Origin: a virus
Direction: 5' to 3' (one strand)
UHGV virus genome: UHGV-0038498
Length of the DNA stretch: 64,000 bases
Below, piece after piece: positions 58,664-64,000 of the stretch. The notes beneath the pieces were generated by a model. It had not been told where the DNA came from and did no database searches. It worked only from the letters and a program-made list of their open reading frames with translations. The number at the start of each line of letters is the position of its first letter. The stretch's first letter is position 1. A program made the translations under genes and the position numbers.

Positions 58664-59269
58664 ATGAAAATGCAAAGTGATTTCAATTCAATGTTTGAAG
58701 AGTTCCAAAGACAGGTTGATGTTCCAGACCAATTACTAAATGCTCTTAAACGTATGGCAGAAGGACGTAATTATTATTGGGGGTCTTCATATGAAACTGA
58801 TGAAAGTCTTTCTGGATTTTATAAAGGTAAAAAGTCTTTAATACGTCCTGGAATACTCATTAAAAGTATTGAATCAATTCATTCATTGACTTGTGATTTT
58901 GATGTTGAATTTACTGATTTCATTTCTCCTGAATGGACAGTTTGTTATTTAAATGACGATTATGATTATCTTGGCGTTTATAGTTTAAGTGACGCATGGT
59001 TTAAACGTAATTTACAAAAGTCAAATTTATTTTATATTGATACTACGGTAAAATTTCAGGGAAAGAAATATTTCTTTACTCTTATAGTTGATTCTGAAAC
59101 AAAGCATGAAAATAAACGTATTCTTAGTAAAAAGAATATCTTAACTATTGTTGATGATCTTTTTGATAAATTCGTGGAAAATCCTAATTTTGAAAGCGAT
59201 TTATTATTAGAAAAATTTGTTAAGGAATGTAGAGAATATGTCAAAGCCATCAATGTATCTTCCAAGTAA
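58664..59269 (+). CDS. hypothetical protein (201 aa)
   Basis: ORF; C-terminus overlaps next gene start. Confidence 0.5.
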   Translation: MKMQSDFNSMFEEFQRQVDVPDQLLNALKRMAEGRNYYWGSSYETDESLSGFYKGKKSLIRPGILIKSIESIHSLTCDFDVEFTDFISPEWTVCYLNDDYDYLGVYSLSDAWFKRNLQKSNLFYIDTTVKFQGKKYFFTLIVDSETKHENKRILSKKNILTIVDDLFDKFVENPNFESDLLLEKFVKECREYVKAINVSSK

Positions 59270-59630
59270 ACCCTTAAAGTATGAATTAAAGCGCCAGCTA
59301 ATTCCTACTGACGTATTAATAGGTCCTGTGACAGCTATATCATTTGTAATTCTACTGATTATTGGAGGTGTTTTAGATGTTATGACTGATATTGATTCTG
59401 GCGAAATACTTGTGTTAATGCTAATTCTTCCATTAATAGTTCCATTTTTATTGGTACCCGTAAATTGGGTAGGATACTGGTATCAAGGAAGGCATTATCG
59501 TAAACGTGTACGTGATTGGAAAGCTCAGTGTAAAAAGATTAAAAAGGAACACCAGCTTAAACTTGCTGCGTATGAATTTGATGAAATTATGAAATTTGTT
59601 AAGGAATCACGATGCAAAAGCCAAAACTAA
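59238..59630 (+). CDS. small membrane protein, two predicted TM helices (paralogue 1)
   Basis: Start set at MSKPSMYLP (AAGGAA RBS); hydrophobic segments VTAISFVILLIIGGVL and ILVLMLILPLIVPFLLV. Confidence 0.5.
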   Translation: MSKPSMYLPSKPLKYELKRQLIPTDVLIGPVTAISFVILLIIGGVLDVMTDIDSGEILVLMLILPLIVPFLLVPVNWVGYWYQGRHYRKRVRDWKAQCKKIKKEHQLKLAAYEFDEIMKFVKESRCKSQN

Positions 59631-59974
59631 ATAAAGTCAAATATTCGTTTCCCGAGGCACTATTAATTCTTGCTGTGGCGTTGGCTGCAGCTCTTGCGGG
59701 TAGTCTTATTGGATTGCTAATTGACTGTTTTATTTTAAACATCGACGGCACAGTAATTATAACAGAGGTTTGGAGTGAACTTCGTTATACTATAGCGATT
59801 TCATTATTTTCATTCTTTGGTACCATGTTATATTTTCATTATGATAATTTTAAAATAAATTGGCAAAGAAAAAAGGATTACAAAATACAATTAAAGGAAT
59901 ATAATAACTACATGTCTTATATTGAAAAAGAATCAATGGAAGAGTTTGTGAGTGATTGTAGGAAAATTAAATGA
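59612..59974 (+). CDS. small membrane protein, two predicted TM helices (paralogue 2)
   Basis: Hydrophobic segments ALLILAVALAAALAGSLIGLLI and IAISLFSFFGTMLYF; basic C-terminal tail. Confidence 0.5.
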   Translation: MQKPKLNKVKYSFPEALLILAVALAAALAGSLIGLLIDCFILNIDGTVIITEVWSELRYTIAISLFSFFGTMLYFHYDNFKINWQRKKDYKIQLKEYNNYMSYIEKESMEEFVSDCRKIK

Positions 59975-60459
59975 TTTTAAAAACTCGCTGGTATGATTTA
60001 GATGATGGGGACGATGGCATTTCAGTTGATAGAGTTGACTGGAGTGGCTGTTCTGAAGATACAAAGAAACGATTAATTAGGGAGTTTAGAATGGGATATC
60101 AAGCAGCTAAGCCATCTACTGTAACAGATGATAAATTCGTGTGTATTCGAAACGGTCGCGCTAAATTAACGAACGCTGATTGGTTCACAGATAAGAAGGT
60201 TATTCTGTGGTATATTATTAGTTTTCCTGTGACATCATTTGTATTTTGCTTCTTTGGAGAAAGTCCAGTAGGCAGAACGGAAGATTGGATTCTTTTAATT
60301 ATACTTGTTAATATTTTTACAGCAGCAGTACTATCAGGAATATGGTGCGTGTTCGTTGAAATGCCATGGCGGTTACGTAGGCAGCAAAAGATTTTTGATG
60401 AAAAGAAATATACTCAAAATTTAAATAACTTTATTACTGAATGCAGGAAATTAAAATGA
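59971..60459 (+). CDS. membrane protein with N-terminal soluble domain and two TM helices (paralogue 3)
   Basis: Hydrophobic segments VILWYIISFPVTSFVFCFF and WILLIILVNIFTAAVLSGIWCVF; C-terminal ...ITECRKLK. Confidence 0.5.
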   Translation: MILKTRWYDLDDGDDGISVDRVDWSGCSEDTKKRLIREFRMGYQAAKPSTVTDDKFVCIRNGRAKLTNADWFTDKKVILWYIISFPVTSFVFCFFGESPVGRTEDWILLIILVNIFTAAVLSGIWCVFVEMPWRLRRQQKIFDEKKYTQNLNNFITECRKLK

Positions 60460-60896
60460 AAACACTATCAGCTGGTATTATCTTTATGACAGAAGATAAA
60501 GATTTATTTATGGGACGAGTTACTGGTTCTCGTAAGCCTGGAATGATGGCACATCGCTGGGATATTCCAAAGGGGCGTGTAGAAAATTCTGATTTAAGCG
60601 CATTAGATGCAGCACGAAGAGAATGCTCAGAAGAGACTGGTTTTAACAATTATAATCCAGACCTTCTAGAAGACCTAGGTGTATTTAAATATTCTAGTAA
60701 TAAAGACTTACAGTTATTTTATTATACGATTCCAGTAGAGCATGAGATGTTTAGAAATTGCCATTGCGAGTCTTATTTTGAAAATAAAGATGGAGTTATG
60801 ATTCCAGAGATGGATGCTTTTGCCCTTATTCCTCGTACTCAGTGGCAATATGTGATGGGTCCTTCACTTTACCGAATAATGAACAGCCTCTTTTAA
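60456..60896 (+). CDS. nudE: Nudix hydrolase NudE (e.1)
   Basis: Nudix box around RRECSEETGF; start set at MKTLSAGIIF with AGGAA RBS (ORF-track start 60441 has no RBS). Confidence 0.8.
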   Translation: MKTLSAGIIFMTEDKDLFMGRVTGSRKPGMMAHRWDIPKGRVENSDLSALDAARRECSEETGFNNYNPDLLEDLGVFKYSSNKDLQLFYYTIPVEHEMFRNCHCESYFENKDGVMIPEMDAFALIPRTQWQYVMGPSLYRIMNSLF

Positions 60897-61427
<531 letters not shown>

Positions 61428-61486
61428 AGTTATTTACTTTCTCCTAGAATTGTGATAGTATATTCACAGTTACTTGGAGGGATAAA

Positions 61487-61903
61487 ATGACTCGTATTAA
61501 TTTGACTTTAGTATCTGAACTTGCTGATCAACATTTAATCGCAGAATACCGTGAATTGCCGCGTGTTTTTGGTATAGTTCGTAAACATGTGGCAAATGGT
61601 AAACGGGTTAAAGATTTTAAAATATCTTCCGAGTTTATTTTAGGTTCTGGTCATGTCACGTTCTTTTACGATAAGTTAGAATTTTTGCGAAAGCGCCAAT
61701 CAGACATTATAACGGAATGCTTAAAACGTGGGTTCAGTATAAAAGATACTGAAGTTCCTGACATCAGCGATATTCCAGCAGAATGGAAAAATGATTATAA
61801 TCCATGCAAATCAGCTATTAAATTGAGTCAACAACGACTCGATGAAAAAATTTTAATGAAGCCATACTGGTATAAATACTATGGTAAAAATATTTACATT
61901 TAA
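61487..61903 (+). CDS. denV: endonuclease V, pyrimidine-dimer DNA glycosylase DenV
   Basis: 138 aa [29 protein letters not shown]... Confidence 0.95.
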   Translation: MTRINLTLVSELADQHLIAEYRELPRVFGIVRKHVANGKRVKDFKISSEFILGSGHVTFFYDKLEFLRKRQSDIITECLKRGFSIKDTEVPDISDIPAEWKNDYNPCKSAIKLSQQRLDEKILMKPYWYKYYGKNIYI

Positions 61904-61912
61904 AGGAAACGT

Positions 61913-62230
61913 ATGAAAACGTATAAAGAATTTATTGCAGAATCTGCCGCAGGACAACGTGTAGAAGGCGGTTATATTTGGATTGAAGAAGTTGAGCCAC
62001 CTAGTCGTACTTCTACTGGTAAATGGAAAATTACTGTTGATGGTCCTGGCGGAAAACGCAGAACTTTAAAAGAAATTAATGGATATTATAGTGAAGCTCT
62101 TTCAGACGCGGGCACTTATATGATGCAAATTATGATTAAAAATCCAGAAAATCGTTTTGCAGCTAGAGTTTTCCGTCGCATTGGAAATAAACTTTACGAT
62201 GCATATTCTAAAAATTTTCCAAAAGCATAA
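61913..62230 (+). CDS. internal head protein (IPII position, 105 aa)
   Basis: N-terminal MKTYKEFIAE-S capsid-targeting leader. Confidence 0.65.
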   Translation: MKTYKEFIAESAAGQRVEGGYIWIEEVEPPSRTSTGKWKITVDGPGGKRRTLKEINGYYSEALSDAGTYMMQIMIKNPENRFAARVFRRIGNKLYDAYSKNFPKA

Positions 62231-62246
62231 AAATTAAAGGAAACAC

Positions 62247-62720
62247 ATGAAAACATATCAAGAATTTATCACTGAAGCAGCTATTAATTCTCAAATTATT
62301 GCTGAATCTTTTACTGATCTTTTGAAATTTAAAAAAGGTCAAAAAATCACTGCTGTATTGGATGATGGTACAGAAGTTGAGATGGATGTACAGGGATATA
62401 ATTATGCAGTAGATGGAAAACTGTATAATAAATCTCACGCTAAATTTGATTCATTTGACGACTTTGTTAATACAGTTGAAGATGAAAAAACTCGTAGATC
62501 CATTGCAACTGGCGACGCTAAGGTTCTTATGGCGCACGGTCATGAACGTATCCGCGCTAAGCAGAATAAAATGGGTGAAGATAATTTCGCATTAGTTGGT
62601 TATCAATCTGGTAAACAAACTTATGGTTATCAGCGTACTGCTACCATGTATAACAAAAATGGTAAAATCGCTTTCGTGAATAGCAAAGGTTCTATTCAGT
62701 ACGTCAAATCATTCAAATAA
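62247..62720 (+). CDS. internal head protein (IPIII position, 157 aa)
   Basis: N-terminal MKTYQEFITE-A...IIAE-S leader with two (I/L)xE sites. Confidence 0.65.
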   Translation: MKTYQEFITEAAINSQIIAESFTDLLKFKKGQKITAVLDDGTEVEMDVQGYNYAVDGKLYNKSHAKFDSFDDFVNTVEDEKTRRSIATGDAKVLMAHGHERIRAKQNKMGEDNFALVGYQSGKQTYGYQRTATMYNKNGKIAFVNSKGSIQYVKSFK

Positions 62721-62873
62721 GCAAATAAGAAATATGGGAACAAGCTGGACCTCATGATTCTATGAGGGATTCCCGCCAACCTGTAATAAGGTCGAGCCTG
62801 AGCGCGGTAATGGGTAAATACAGAAATGGACAATTCATGCGCCATGGAATGGCCCAAATTTAGAGAAAATAAA

Positions 62874-63413
62874 ATGAGAACATTTTTAACTGGTCCTTAT
62901 CTATCCCTGATGAATGCTTTTACACACCATTCTGATGCTAGAGTAGAAGAAATTTGTAAAAATGATTATATCCCACCATTTGAAGACTTACTTAAGCAGT
63001 ATTGCACACTTCGACTAGATGGTGGACGTCAATCTGGTAAATCAACTGCTGTGACTAACTTTGCTGCTAATTGGCTGTATGACGGTGGAACAGTTATTGT
63101 TCTTTCTAATACTTCAGCTTACGCTAAAATTTCTGCGGGCCACATTAAAAAAGAATTTTCTCGTTATTCTAGCGATGATATTCGATTCCGCTTATTTACT
63201 GATTCTGTCCGTAGTTTTATCGGTAATAAAGGAAGCAAGTTCAGAGGTTTATCGCTTTCGCGAATTTTGTATATAATTGATGAGCCTGTTAAATCTCCTG
63301 ATATGGATAAAATTTACGATATTCATATTGAAACTGTACATTACTGTTGCAATAGCAAGTGTTGCATTGGTGGTATTACTCGTCCACAGTTTTTCGTAAT
63401 TGGAATGCAATGA
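62874..63413 (+). CDS. hypothetical P-loop protein (179 aa)
   Basis: Walker A-like GGRQSGKST; start moved to ATG with GAGAAAA RBS; C-terminal Cys cluster CCNSKCC. Confidence 0.45.
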   Translation: MRTFLTGPYLSLMNAFTHHSDARVEEICKNDYIPPFEDLLKQYCTLRLDGGRQSGKSTAVTNFAANWLYDGGTVIVLSNTSAYAKISAGHIKKEFSRYSSDDIRFRLFTDSVRSFIGNKGSKFRGLSLSRILYIIDEPVKSPDMDKIYDIHIETVHYCCNSKCCIGGITRPQFFVIGMQ

Positions 63414-63739
63414 TGACAGACACACAGCTTTTCGAATATCTTTATTTTTCGCCAAAAACTATTAAAAATAAATTGGTGAATCATTTTGAAATTTTGGCAA
63501 ATAACAACGTCTTGAGCGAATTTTATCCTAAGCAATACAAATTACAAAAAGGTGTATTCAAAGGATGCAGAGTTTTGTGTACTGCTCCTAATGCAAGATT
63601 AATGAATAAAATTCCATATTTTACCATGGAATTTATTGATGGACCTTTTAAAGGACTAATCACCCAAAGTTTAATGGCATATGATTCTGAGCCATTTTTA
63701 ATTGAAGAACAGTCTTGGATAAATTTATTTTCTAATTGA
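63410..63739 (+). CDS. hypothetical protein (109 aa)
   Basis: ORF beginning ATGATG overlapping upstream stop. Confidence 0.45.
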   Translation: MMTDTQLFEYLYFSPKTIKNKLVNHFEILANNNVLSEFYPKQYKLQKGVFKGCRVLCTAPNARLMNKIPYFTMEFIDGPFKGLITQSLMAYDSEPFLIEEQSWINLFSN

Positions 63740-63745
63740 GGTTAT

Positions 63746-64000
63746 ATGAAAGCATATCAAATTCTTGAAGGCACACATAAAGGTACTATTTATTTTGAAG
63801 ATGGTATTCAAGCACGAATTATTGTTTCTAAAACCTTTAAAGAGGATTCTTTTGTAGACCCAGAAATTTTCTACGGTTTGCACACCCGTGAAATTGAAAT
63901 TGAATCACAGCCTACAGTTAAAATTGAAGGTGGTCAACACCTGAACGTTAACGTTCTGCGTCGTGAAACTCTGGAAGATGCAGTTAAGCATCCGGAAAAA
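63746..64000 (+). CDS. autonomous glycyl-radical cofactor (GrcA/YfiD-like; T4 Y06I-type), 3'-truncated at window edge
   Basis: Translation ...[28 protein letters not shown] is the conserved start of the glycyl-radical domain; codon usage in this stretch is host-like (CTG, CGT, CCG); GAGG RBS. Confidence 0.8.
   Translation, partial: MKAYQILEGTHKGTIYFEDGIQARIIVSKTFKEDSFVDPEIFYGLHTREIEIESQPTVKIEGGQHLNVNVLRRETLEDAVKHPEK

Noticed and set aside
59217-60459. E-C-R-K C-terminal motif as a functional protein signature
   Set aside because: Explained at least in part by the conserved downstream-gene ribosome-binding site embedded in the 3' codons; reported as a coupling junction rather than a peptide motif.

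Overview
This window is a contiguous piece of a T4-like (T-even type) myovirus genome, oriented opposite to the usual T4 map. Calls rest on reading the ORF translations against remembered T4 proteins, gene order and lengths; no database search was run. Left to right: 3' part of DNA ligase (gene 30), two tandem Alt-family ADP-ribosyltransferase genes, the baseplate hub cluster (54-48-29-28-27-51 on minus, 26-25 on plus), uvsY with a middle promoter, uvsW/uvsW.1, a GIY-YIG homing endonuclease, inh, hoc and rnlB. Then the long minus-strand late structural block 24-23-22-21-68-67-20-19-18-17-16-15-14-13-wac-12-11-10-9-8-7-6-5.4-5.1-5-53, followed by plus-strand 4-2-3-1-57A-57B. The right end is an accessory region: four internal-protein-like genes with capsid-targeting N-termini, an HNH endonuclease, a 10-tRNA array (Leu, Gly, Pro, Ser, Thr, Ile/CAU, Tyr, Asn, His, Arg), a ~340-nt non-coding segment with a tRNA-like T-arm, a possible PspA-like coiled-coil gene, three tandem small membrane-protein paralogues, nudE, endolysin e, denV and the start of a GrcA/YfiD-like glycyl-radical cofactor gene. 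Most interesting for follow-up: the intact second Alt paralogue, the extra internal-protein gene, the structured non-coding segment, the expanded tRNA set and the PspA-like/membrane-protein cluster. No CRISPR array, rRNA or integrase was seen.
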